From NCBI RefSeq assembly GCF_036321535.1, contig NC_087437.1, positions 23,500,001 to 23,564,000 of the forward strand: a stretch of DNA of 64,000 bases, in the 5' to 3' direction. Positions 52,242 to 64,000 of this stretch are shown one piece after another. Position 1 is the stretch's first letter; every line of letters begins with the position of its first letter. The stretch comes from Camelus dromedarius (lineage: Eukaryota). The notes beneath the pieces were generated by a model. It saw only the letters and a program-made list of their open reading frames with translations, searched no databases and was not told where the DNA came from. Made by a program: the position numbers and the translations under genes.

Positions 52242-52890
52242 CAAAAGTGGATTTGGAGGGTAATTAATGAAGCTTAATCTTCATGGTCCATCACATCACA
52301 TTCACATGCAGTGGCCCCTACTGAGACATTTTGAGTGGAACTAGCAATATGTAAACAGGATTGTCAATCTTTTAAAATAAATACTGTGAATTCAGGATAT
52401 TTAACAATTGCTAGCTGAGACTGCTTTTGCTTCCCTCCTGTCAAATGGTGTCAAAGTTCATGCTGGTAAAGGTAAGTTGAGGATAATTCGGTTTGGGTTT
52501 GGTGGGATATACTTATGTGGTTCTTAGACACTTGTCTGTAGAATTAAGTAACTGCAAGTCATTGCATGTAGGTGTGACTTCCAGAAATACTATTTCCATC
52601 TCCTCCAGCTCACGAGGTATCATGACAAAACAGGCGTCATGGAGAAAAGGTGCAGGGTCAAAATGTACCCCAGGCTGCCTGGCAAAGGGACTACATGGGT
52701 AGCGGATAAGAAACAAGGCTTCAGATGTCTGGAACCATAAATTGTATAGTTAATAATGAGATGTGTAAAACTGTAAGTAGAGGATTCACTTCTCACTGAT
52801 GCACAGAATGAAACCCTCTCTCATTGGAAATACATCCCAAAATGTAATAATGCACAACATGATGAGTATTCAGTGTAATAATTTTATTCC
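52242..52890 (+). mobile_element. Zaphod/MER115 (hAT-Tip100) DNA transposon 5' part
   Basis: TAATGAAGCTTAATCTTCATGG, GTTTGGGTTTGGTGGGATATACTTATGTGGTTC, AAGGTGCAGGG, GAAACAAGG and TGTAAAACTGTAAGTAGAGGATTC are colinear with the recalled consensus. Confidence 0.8.
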
Positions 52891-52908
52891 TTGTGCCAGT
52901 GACGTACC

Positions 52909-53305
52909 TTTTAAAAATTTTATTGTAGTAAAATACACATATAAACTTCACCATCTTAACCATTTTTAAGTGTGTCGTTCAGTGGTATTAAGTACATTCG
53001 TATTGTTGTGCAGCTCTCACCACCACCCATCTCCAGAATTCTTTTAGTCTTGCCAAACTGAAACTTTCCCATTAAGCAATAACTCCCCATGCCCTCCTCC
53101 CCCTACACCCTGGCAATCACCATTCTACTGCCTGTCTTTATGATTTTGACCACTTTTAGTACCTCTTCTAAGTGGAAACATACAGTGTTTGTGATTGGTT
53201 TATTTCACTTTACATAATGTCTTTCAAATTCATTCATGTGGTAGCCTTTGCCAGAATTTACTTTTTACGGCTGAATAATATTTCATTGTATATATACTGT
53301 ACATA
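52909..53305 (-). mobile_element. L1MB-like 3' end
   Basis: CCATCTTAACCATTTTTAAGTG...CAGTGGTATTAAGTACATTCGTATTGTTGTGCA...CCCTGGCAATCACCATTCTAC. Confidence 0.88.
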
Positions 53306-55139
53306 CAATTTTAAATACTTTATTTGTATAGTTTATCAATAACAAACTGCAGCCACTTTTAGATGTACATATCTGTGAAGCCAACGCTACCATCCAAATA
53401 CAGAAAATTTTTGTCATCACCCGTTTTCCTCACAATTCTTTGCAGTTCATCAAACCTGCTATCCTAAGCTCTAGGCAAAGACTTATCTGCATTTTGTCAC
53501 TATAGATTATAGAGTTTGTCTCTTCAAGAATTATGTTTGTATATGTATTAAATCATACAGTATGTATTCCTCTGTGTCAGAAATTTTTCACTAAGAATGA
53601 TTTTGAGATTTATTCATGTTGTTGGATATATTGTGGTCCATTGCTTTTATTTCTGAACACTTTTCCATTGATTGGATATACCACATTTTGTTTCAGTCAT
53701 TCACCTGTTGGAAGATATTTGGTCCTTTCCAGAGTTGGACTATTGTGAGAAAAGCTTCTATAAAAATTTGTTTAGACTCTTTTATATCTCTTGGATACAT
53801 ATCTAGGAGTAGAACTGATGGATCATTTCATAAAGAAATATCTATTGTTTTCCAAAGTGGATATGCCATTTTACATTCCCTGCAGCATCCTATTCCACAT
53901 ATTTGTCAACTACTATTGTCAGTTTTCAAAATTTTATCCATTCTGTTGAGTATATAGTAGTGTCTTATAGTTTAATTTGTGTTTCCTTGGTTACAAATAA
54001 TGTTTGGAACCTTTTCTTGCACTTACTATTCATATGCCATCTTTTGTGAAATATATATTATTATATTTTGAGCATTTGTTATTTGATTTGTGTTATTGAG
54101 TTGTTACATCTTTAGCAACCAGTCCTTTTTCTGATACGTATCTTGCAAAAATTTCTCTGTCAGTGTACTGTCTTTTCTTACTATTGTCTTTCTCAGGATA
54201 AATTTTAATTTTGAATAATTCCAATTGGTCACCTTTTCTTTTATGGTCTTTGCTTTTGTGTTCTACTGAAAAAATCTGTACCTACTGCAAAGTTGCCAAG
54301 ATTTCTTCTGTATGGACGTCCAATTGTTTCAGTACCATTTACTGAAAAGTCTTTTTCCCCCATTGAAATGGCTTTGTGACATTATTGAAAATCAAGTGAC
54401 CTTATAGCATGGGTTTATTTCTGGACTCAATTCCACTTATCCATATGCCTGATTTTTATCAGTACCACATTCTCTTGATTGCAGTAACCATAGAATAAGC
54501 CTAGAATTCAGGTAATATAAGCCCTCTAATTATGTTCTCCCTTACAAAACTGCTGGGCTTTTCTAGGCTGTTTGCCTTTCTGCAAATGTGTTAGCATCAG
54601 CTTGCTAATGTCTGCAGAAAAATCTGGAATCTTAATTGATACTGTCTGGGTCTGTAAATTAATTTGTATCACTTTTGGAAAGTTGTATTTTTCAGAGAAT
54701 TTGCCCATTTTATGTAAGGTAGCAAGTGTGTTGTTTATGGTATTTTCTTGTTATCTACTGAGTGCGTGGAGGCTCTATAGTGATCATCTCTCTTTCTTGA
54801 TCTGGTGATTTATCTTTTCTCTCTCTCTTCCTCTCTCTCTCTCACCCTTTCTTGACTGAATCACCTTAGCTAGGAATATATCAATTCTATTGATCTGTTC
54901 AAGAGATCAGATTTTAAGTTTATTAATATATTTCTTTTTTGTTTCACTCCTTTCTGCTATAATCATTATTATATCTCATTTTCTACTTATTTAGCTTTAC
55001 TCTACTTTTCTTATCAAACAGCTTAAAGCAATATTTTAAACTTCTTTCATAACTTTCTTTTGTTCTAAAATGATCATTTAAACATATTTTTTTTTCTGAA
55101 ATACTGCTTTGAATGCACTGTATTTTCATTATCATTTTA

Positions 55140-55357
55140 GTTTGATAGTATGAGAGCTAATGTAAGGAGGCAAAGAGTGGCCTCATTTATACCCCAACAG
55201 GGAGCAGATGTTTAAGTTGACTCAGATTTTTACAGCTCTGTGCAAGTTTGTGAATAATCATGAAAGCACTGCAAGTATTGATTTGGGCCTTACAGATAAA
55301 CTTAGGGAGGAAGCAAGTTCACAAATACAGAATCTATGAATAATGAGAATTGGTTGC
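55140..55357 (-). mobile_element. MER82 (TcMar-Tigger) fragment
   Basis: GAAAGCACTGCAAGTATTGATTTGGG...TTCACAAATACAGAATCTATGAATAATGAGAAT is the reverse complement of the recalled MER82 terminus. Confidence 0.78.
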
Positions 55358-55370
55358 ATTAACTATACCT

Positions 55371-55383
55371 CTCTGTCTGTCTA

Positions 55384-55414
<31 letters not shown>

Positions 55415-55418
55415 GTCT
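55371..55418. repeat. (TCTG)n/(TCTA)n compound tetranucleotide repeat
   Basis: Seen directly in the sequence. Confidence 0.9.
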
Positions 55419-56229
55419 TTATTTTACTTTTGGTTTACCTGGGATTTTATATTTAAAGTAAACGTAGACAACACAGAATTGGGTCTTGTTTATTTATCCA
55501 TTCTGGCCATGTTTGCTTTTAACTAGATAAAAAATTAATTCATATTTCATATAATCGCTGATATGTTTGTATCTGAGTTTAACATTTTATTATTTATCAT
55601 TTTTACTTGGCTTGACATCTCTTTTTTTTTGTTTCTCTGCACTTTTTCCTCACTTATTTTATTTTTTTTAGAATTTTATTTTAATTTATTTATTGGATTT
55701 TTAGTTATACGTGACTTTCACTGGTTGCTCCAGGGATTTTATTATGAATCCTCTAATTTCCCCAGTCTGTTCAGAGTTAATGTTGTAAACTTTCATGTGA
55801 AATGTAGCAGATCTTACAACTCTGTGGCCTACTTACCCCAACCCCATTATCCTTTATGATATAGTTATCCAAGTCATGGTATCTCTATATTATACAAAAG
55901 GTGGTAATTTTTATTTCATACAGCCAAATTTACTTAAATTTCTGATGGTCTTTGTTTGTCAGTGCAGATCTGAGTTTCTATTTCAGTCTGAAGAACTAGA
56001 TTTACTATTTCTACTAGTGCAGCTCTGCTGGGACAATTTCTGTCGGTGTTCTTTTACCTAAATATGTCTTTATTTTGTCATATTCTTGAGGGATGTATTC
56101 CCTGGATCTATAATTCTGGGTTGATCATTTTCTTTGTCTTTAATCACCTTAAAGATGTTTTCTCAGATGTTTCTGGCCTTCATCATTTCTTGAAGCAAAG
56201 TCCGTAGTCATTTAAATCACTGTGACCCT

Positions 56230-56500
56230 GTGTTCTGGTTCCCCAGTGCTGTGTAAAAACCACTCCCAAACCTGGTGGTTTAACAACAACATTTATTTTC
56301 CTCAAGAATTTGCACTCTGTGAAGGGCCTGGAAATGCTAAGCTTATGTATGCTTCACTCAGTGTGTGTCAGGGTGGCTCAAATGCTGGGGTGGAAATTAT
56401 CTGAAAGCTCCTTCAGGCAGTGTCTGGTGCCTGCTATGGGAACCCCAAACAGTGCGGAGTTGAAACAGCTTGAGCTCTTTTGGTGCCTTCCTTCCTTCTA
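56230..56500 (-). mobile_element. MLT1 (G/H-like) LTR fragment
   Basis: TGCTGTGTAAAAACCACTCCCAAACCTGGTGGTTTAACAACAACATTTATT and GGAAATTATCTGAAAGCTC. Confidence 0.75.
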
Positions 56501-58299
56501 AGCTGTAACTTACCTACCTCATCACATCATTCCTTCTCAATTTTCCCCTGTGACCTGAACCACCATGGTTCCTTGCAAACTTTATCTACTGTTACTGCCA
56601 TCATCACACCCTCATAACCTTCTATAGAACTAAAGAAAGTGCAATGAAAGGGAACATGAAGAGAGGAGCAGAGAGAGATGGGTGAGAAGCCAGCTCATAT
56701 ACGTGTTTGGAGAAGCACTGTTAAACGTTTGTCATCCTTGGGTTGGAAATCTTCACAAAACACAGATTAGAGAAACTGTGATTTTCAGTCCAAAGTAGAA
56801 CTCATTTTTATCCACACTGAGTTGCACAATAGGACATGCATTTCTTAAGCTATTCTTGTTCCAGAATCCACACATGTATGTCAGTTTTGCCATGAAAAGG
56901 TGACAATGAACAATTTATATCTATTGATCTACAATCAGTAGGGATTGCCTTGCCCTCCTTATTTTCGGTGCTTGTATCTGTTCTTTTACTTACTTTTAAC
57001 TTTTATGACTAAAAGTGTTCTTTGACATCTTTATACACCATTTTGCTTTTTAAAATAAAAACAATAGACTTTTTAAGTTCTTACTATCTTTTCTTTTTCT
57101 TTTGGAATTATACCTTCCTTAAGATTATTCTTCCTTCCTTAGATGGCATGAAAAATCTATGGTGGGAGAGGACTTTATATATAAAATGAATTTTTCAGAT
57201 TTATGCTATATTTACAGACAATGGTAATGTACTGGGAAAAAAAACAACATTTCACACATCTCTAAAATCTAAGAATGTGCAATAAAAGTTATACTTAAAT
57301 ATTTACTAAGAATCTGTGTTCCAGGCTTTGTTAAATTTCTCTAGGTAACATAAACAATTATTAGAACAACTAATTTTGAGGTCATTACAATTAAGTTGGA
57401 GAAAAGATAATTTAAGCACCGTTAAATAACAATATTTTTAAGAATGCTAAAACAAGTGCTATACAAAATGGCATAGAAATTCTTTCTCAACTTCTTAGTT
57501 TTAGAAATGAAATAACAACAGCAGTAACAACAAAATTACAACTCAGTTTCTTTAGTAACTGCAGACATAAAATTACATAAACAATCTCACCAGTAGCTAA
57601 TAAAGTTCTGTATGTACTTCACGCAAGTACGGATACCACTCAAAGCAGCGAATATCAATCACTAATCCTAATGCTTGTTTTTGATAAACAGCTATTTCTT
57701 ATTTCCATATCTGGAAATAACAATGTGTATTCTGAACACAGTTTCCAGACTGTTATCTAATTATTACGTCTATAAGTATTTAGAATACTCCTGACCCTTT
57801 CAGGTTGACATCCTACTCTGTGATTTTGATAGTACTGCACATAGCACTCCGAAATGTAGTACATTGAGTAACATCTTATTGTAATGACTCTTAGCCGATA
57901 AAATAGCAGCAGGCTTATTCCCTGGCTTTGTCTGTATTTGCCAGCTGACTCCAGATGTTAAAGGTAAGCTCCCCCTGGAACTTAAGAACTGTCTCTGTTG
58001 CTGTTTGGCAGAGAGGCTCGGCCTGCATCTGGTACCTTTGAAATCTCATCTGGGAACAACATGCAGCTTCCTTTCTCCAATTGCTCAGAGTGCTACTAAC
58101 TGATATTCTATCCCCTTCTATGTTTAGCAAAAAGGGACTTGGTGCTGTGTACTTCTTAAGGTTTATTTAAATTTTATTTTGTTAACTCTAAAAATCCTTC
58201 TCTTGTTTTCTTTTTTCCCCCACTTTTGAAATTGTCAACAGCTTGTGTCAATAAATAGGGAGGGCACTATGTCAACTATGTGTTTTTAAAAGATTTAAG

Positions 58300-58935
58300 A
58301 GATGCTCCACACTCTCCAATGGCTCCTATTTCACCGTGAAACAATCCTTACAACAGTGGCCTGAGAGAGAGTTCACAATCGGGTCCGGTACCTCCTCCTC
58401 CTTTGCCTCTAGTTTATTCAGCTCCAGGCACTGTTTCTTGCTGTTCCTCATGCACACTGGTGTTTTTCTCAACTTTGACCCTTTTTTGGTAGGTCTTTCG
58501 CCTTGAAATACTCTATACTCAGATAACGTTCTGGCCACCTAGCTTGCCTCCTTTAAGTCTCATGTCCACCCTACTTAAAGTTGAAATTCACCCATCCACC
58601 TCCCTTTACCTGCTCTCTTTTGCATCATAGGATTTATCACCTTTTAACACACTACAGTTTTTCCTTCCAGTTTTATTGGAATGTAATTGACATACAGCAC
58701 TGTATAAATTTAAGGTATATGGCGTAATGATTTCACTTACATCCTAGAATGATTTCACAAATTTAGTGAACATCCATTATCTCGTATAGATACAAAATTT
58801 TAAAAATAGAAAAAAATACTAAATCATTTTTAATGTATTTTTTTGTTTGTTTATTGTCTGTCTCTAATTGTAGAATTGTAAGCATCTAGATTCATGTCTG
58901 GGACATACTAGGTTTTCAATAAATATTTGTTAAAA
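58300..58935 (+). mobile_element. L2 3' fragment interrupted by a short L1 end
   Basis: CTCCAATGGCTCCTATTTC...CATACTAGGTTTTCAATAAATATTTGTT. Confidence 0.8.
58658..58817 (-). mobile_element. Short L1 3' end (L1MA9/artiodactyl-type)
   Basis: TTTTCCTTCCAGTTTTATTG...AATTGACATACAGCACTGTATAAATTTAAGGT...TTTAGTGAACATCCAT. Confidence 0.8.
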
Positions 58936-59440
58936 TAATTCTTTTTATTCTAGGAATATATTATAACAGTTACTTTTCACAGGCCCTCTACTTACTATGA
59001 AACCTACTGCAGACAGAGGCTGTTACTTTGATAGAAATTCACTTCTTTGCAAATGTAGGCTTCAGTATAAGGTGAAGATCCCATGCTTAAAATAGATAGA
59101 AGGCTTTTCTTGAATATAAGAGATTCTCAGACTCTAGGTAGAGTTGAGAGTCTTGGGGTTCCATGGCAAGAGGGTTCATGATCATTGCCGTGAGGAAATG
59201 CTACGACCACAGGGCAATGTTTCCCTGAGATTTGCATGACCCAATCACTGCACAGAAGAGACAGTACAAAAGTGCTACAGCCACAAGAAGCCCTGCAGAC
59301 TGGGAGACACCAGAGTATGCTCCAGGTTGAAGACTGATCAAGGACTAAGAGTCAGAAAACTAGATCTAATTTCCCACCTGCCAAACAAAATGAGAATTCT
59401 GCAGCAAAATTAATTTAAAGAATGCACTGATTTTCTCTTA

Positions 59441-59470
59441 TTTGGTTTGGTTTGGTTTGGTTTGGTTTGG
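59441..59470. repeat. (TTTGG)6 pentanucleotide repeat
   Basis: Six perfect units seen directly. Confidence 0.95.
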
Positions 59471-60131
59471 GGCACAATTAGTTTGTGGACTGAGATTCAC
59501 ACATCCCGGTGAAGGCTAAAAATGTATCCAAAGAGTAGTGAGTAATAAGCTAAATGATAGCCCAGGATACCTCAGTGCTCGTGATTGGTTCATTTTCCTC
59601 TTTCTTCCCGTGGTTTCTAGTCATTCTTCCTTCCCCAGACTGTAAGCGTCGTGTGTGTGTATGTGTGCATGTGTGTTCTCACCCTCTTCATGTCAGTGTG
59701 TACCTGTAATGCTATTTGTTGTCTGGTAAAAACTCCTTAACCTATAGACTTCAATATGCCTATGTTCATAGCTCCAGGTTTAAGTCGGTGCCTCATTTAT
59801 TTTCCCACAGCACTTTGGTGATATTAAAATCATTTGCTTCCTTGACTCTTCAGTGTAATCAACTTTATGGTAACCATTGTGTTTTTGTTATTTGCGTCTG
59901 TGGTGCCTTAGAACATAGATACTTGGTGATGTTCATAAGTATTTTGAGATGTATTGTTCTTTAAAATAAGCATTAACACATTTTTAAAGACAATGAAGCA
60001 GAAGAGCAGCTTTCTGAGGAGACAGTGGCAGCCTGCAGTCCCATCAGTGATGTGTACGTTCTAAACTCCTGCCCTTCCTTCTCCATCAAGCTGCCTTTTG
60101 ACATAGGAGATGCCTAAGCAGTATGATTTCT

Positions 60132-60618
60132 GTGTTAGAAAGGGTTTTTATTTGAAAATCACAGCAGTCTTAGAAAATATAGGATTTATTGGTAGGAAAC
60201 TGGGATAATTCATGCAATGAAGAATGATTTGGGAGAAGCAGAAAGTCCCCCAAAGCTGGAGAGGTCTAGACATGGCTTACTGCCAGCCCAGCCATGTTTA
60301 ACCTCACGTTTCTTCTTTCCTCTTAGTTCTGTTTTCAGTCTCTCAACCGTCATGCCTTGTATTCATGTACGCATGTCTCTATAACCAAAGAGGACTTATG
60401 AGAAATCCCAGGGAAAGATTCTGACCCAGAGTCACATCACACAGTGATAGTACAATCTCAGCTACTTACATGACCTTTGAGATGGGGTCAAGAGGCTGTC
60501 GGGCTGGAGCCTTCCACCTTGCTGGTGTGGGGAGAAGCATTTCCCCCAGACAAAATGAGATGTTATTACCAGAAGAAGAGACCAAAGATGTTGGGTGGTT
60601 TAAAGCAACACACGTACA
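60132..60618 (-). mobile_element. Old MaLR LTR (MLT1J/K-like)
   Basis: GGATTTATTGG, AAATCCCAGGGAAAGATTCTGA and TGTTATTACCAGAAGAAG...GATGTTGGG motifs. Confidence 0.65.
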
Positions 60619-63600
60619 TTCCAATACATGTCAAAATACAGTGTTCGAAAATATTTCCGGAAATCCCAGGAGCAAGACGTATTAAAGAAATTTAACTTAG
60701 AATTTATTTCACAGCAATCTGCCTCTGGAACACACTGAACTGCTTCCAGTCAAGAGAAAGATTAGAAGGATTACTATATTCATTGTTTTCCAAATCCTGT
60801 CTTTACAGGGAGGCTCAGGGGGAACTGGAATGACTCCTAGTGAGAACAACACTTACTGAGTTATTCTACTTTTAAATCCAAAAATTACACTGGAAACAGA
60901 CCTGAGTAAAATTCTGTAGTCTTCCAATGGAACATCCCTAACAGGGTAATTACAACACCCCCTCAGGCTACTAGGAACCAAATCCATTTAAGCAGTTACT
61001 TAAGCATCTAGTTCCTTTCGCTTCTTCCTAGTGGAGAACCATGGTTAGCTGGGCAGCTATAACGCACCTTTTCCCAACATACAGATTCTCATTTTTAAAG
61101 CCAGCCTTTCCTACTTGAAACCATGTCTGAAAAAAAAGAAAAGCTTTAAACAATGACACGGATCTTGGGTCAATATCCCTTAAGGATCTGTGTTTATTAA
61201 TCTGTGAAAGGATTCCAAAGGCATTTAAGTTAATGTGAGAAAAAGGAATGGCATTTTCGTCTGCTCCTTTTATTTCTAGACAGGAATGAGCATGACAGGC
61301 TCAATGTAGTATTTTCTAAAACGCCTAACTACTTTCTAATTTGAAATAAATGGATGGCCAGTAGCAAAGAGGCCAGGGAAGAGGCTATTTCACAATCACT
61401 GCAGGAATTTATGAGCACTGATAACAGGGTATAGGCCCCAGCAGAAATGGAAAAAAAAAAGATGTAACCTTATCTTTTATAAAATGATACGGATGTTTCT
61501 GCAAAATCTTACAATGACAAATAGCATGTCATAAAACACACTGCTATGAAAAAAGGGCTTTAAGAGCTATTGAGATTTCAAAGTGGAAGTTATTTTAAAC
61601 AAATAAATCTTAATAGCTATAAAATACATTGCTAGAGAGAACGCCCACTTTACTAGTGAATATTATTAAGTAACCGAATCCTTCATTGACAAACATGGAT
61701 GGATGACTAAAGACAACCGAAGAACAACGCAACAAAAAAACAGAGATCACTGTGGACAAGCAGAACACAGAGGAATCAGAATATCAGCCAAATCGTCCAG
61801 CAGTCGTGAGAGTAAAACACTTAATTTGTACATGCAAGAGCTCAGATATGGTGCCACTACTAAGAGGTTTTTTCTTAAATTGACTTAGGAAGTAGTATAG
61901 CTGTTGTGAGGGGTGCAAGTCCTCCAAGAAATAGGGCCTGGCTCATGAAATCAAAAGAAAGGACAATTCTAAGATGAAAACTGTGACGCTGGCCTAGAAA
62001 GCAATTGGTACAAATTAAAATAGGAATTCTTTGAACTTCCAGAAAAATACCTTTAAAAAATGGGCTCTTTATAACAAATATATAATTAAGTAACCAGAGG
62101 GCCTTAGGCATAAAGTGAAGGTAGCTATTAGAGAGTACACAAGAGAACAAATGAGCAAGCCAGTGTATTAATAAAGAATATGCAAAATAAATAGATCCAA
62201 TATTCTTCCTCCCTCTCTCTCCTTTAAAACTCAATATAACTCTCTAAAAAGTATTTGAGTAAAGAAATAGATGTTTAAGTGTGTTACACATAAATATCAA
62301 GGTTATACTAGGATAAAAAATAAAAATAAAAATATATATGTAGTTAGCAAAGATTTAGGAGTATAGAAGTAAAGGATGGAACTGTAGTAAGATATGTCAA
62401 CTTTATGGGAAGGATAAATCTTATTTAATACTGACAAATTAATTAACAGATGTGTGCATGTAACTTTCATAGCTATTGAGATAATTAACTGAAGTCCTAA
62501 AAACAGACTATTGAATAACGCCTCTGAGTAGAAGGGAGGAGACTTATTTTCATGTTACATCCTTCTCTAGTGACTGGATTTTTGCTACCTAGTACATGCA
62601 TTGTTCTTACAACACAGATAAAGCAAATTAAAAATAACAAAATGAGATTATATCCATAAAGTATGATTGAAAAGATGGTGACTGAACTAAAAAGATGATT
62701 ACCTAGCACATGATCACTTTCTACTATTGATTGCATGTGTTACTGCCAGTGCTGCTGGCCTAAACCTTGTACATTCTCACCAGCTTTCATCACCCGTTGC
62801 TTTGCTAACACATAAAGCAACTGTTTTACCCCTTTGACAGCTTTTCTTGTATGACTCTGATACAAGCTCCCAGCCACTATCCCTTTATAAGCATAATGAT
62901 CTGTGTGAAGCAAGCAGTGATCTCAAGGAGATGGATCTCATTATATTCCTTTTTGCATTAAAACTTTCACAGTAAAGAAGATAAGCCTATTCTGTTGAAT
63001 CTAAAAAACAGTGTTGGGATGTTACAGACTTTTGTAAAATAAATATATTAGATATGATATTTAGAAGGATCAGACAGACTCTTGCATCATCTTTCAGGGA
63101 GAGATTTCCCCATCACCCTTATTTCATCCTTTAGGACACATATTTTTCTCTGTGATAAAGGCTAGGGCTAGGTTAAATCAGCCAGCTACTCCTTTTCCCA
63201 GGAGATAAAAGGAAGAGGGAATAAATTGCAGCTGGACTGTTTCCTACATCAAAGAGTTTGAGGAGAGTTCTTAATGAATTTTGTTATGATTTTCTCTTCT
63301 TGGGAAAAAGGGCAACAAGACTCATGAGAAAGATGAAAATTTGGTTAGTAAAGGATACTCTTCTGTGGATGAAATTTTATGCATTATTACTTACTTATTT
63401 CCTTCTGGTATTTCAGGGTTCCAAACCTAGCTTCACAAACCAGTCAAACTAATGACAAAAAGAATCCCTCACCCTTGTAATTAAATGGACTTAGAAATGA
63501 TAAAGCAATTAAGAGTGCTGATAAAAGACCCATTAGGAGATGGATTCATGTGCACTGACAGCCACTGGTGGTGATGACCTTAGGTGAGATCCACTGTACG

Positions 63601-64000
63601 AATAACATCTTGGTAACAGGTGGGAACTGCCACTATGGACATTCCATTTATCTAAGCAATGCTAACTCCAGACCCAATGTACTGGTTCCTCCCCTTAAAA
63701 AATATACTGAAGTAGCTCTGCAGTGGGTAAACCAGGTTTCAAGGAAACCACTACCTATCCTTATTCATCTTAAGCGAGCACACTTGGACTAGTTAAAGTG
63801 TATGGTGTCTGGGGTTCCAAGATGGGAAATGTTTTTTCGTTTTCTTTCTTTTCTTGGTAAGAGAGATTTGGAGCTAGATGACTGTTCATGATTTTCTATA
63901 AAATACCTCACTGTTTTATATTTCTATAAATAGTTGAGTATTTTCTTTTTCTTCCGTTATACTGATAGTCATTAATTTCAACAGTTCGAGTGCAATGAGT

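Larger units (their letters stand above)
53310..56228 (-). mobile_element. Long, degenerate L1M (L1MC/ME-like) with deletions, interrupted by MER82
   Basis: TTTTCCAAAGTGGATATGCCATTTTACATTCCC, CCAATTGTTTCAGTACCATTTACTGAAAAG and GGATCTATAATTCTGGGTTGA are reverse-strand ORF2/ORF1 motifs. Confidence 0.8.

Noticed and set aside
1..64000. CRISPR arrays, operons, tRNA/rRNA/snRNA genes, NUMTs, processed pseudogenes
   Set aside because: I saw no regularly spaced repeat-spacer structure, gene-dense ORFs or recognisable RNA-gene or mitochondrial sequence. The window is ordinary mammalian non-coding DNA.

Overview
AT-rich, CpG-depleted mammalian genomic DNA, most likely a gene desert or large intron. 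I found no recognisable protein-coding gene, RNA gene, CpG island, NUMT or prokaryotic-type system. Much of the window is decayed transposable elements: L2 and MIR fragments, old L1M pieces, short cetartiodactyl-type L1 3' ends, about 15 solo LTRs (ERV1, MaLR, ERVL), an ERVL integrase remnant and hAT/Tigger DNA-transposon relics. Several elements keep visible target-site duplications (TSDs). Cetartiodactyl-type L1 ends with no visible PRE-1, CHR or Bov SINEs suggest a camelid; this is an inference. The most notable sequence-level observations are an LTR nested in another LTR with both TSDs intact, a (TA)n array that has captured its own flank in direct and inverted orientation, a + strand donor/branch point/acceptor/poly(A) cassette near 58 kb, and an unexplained 240-codon ORF over a small CpG cluster at 35 kb. 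Repeat family names come from recalled consensus sequences and need RepeatMasker/Dfam confirmation. I cannot support a claim of a new biological system in this window.
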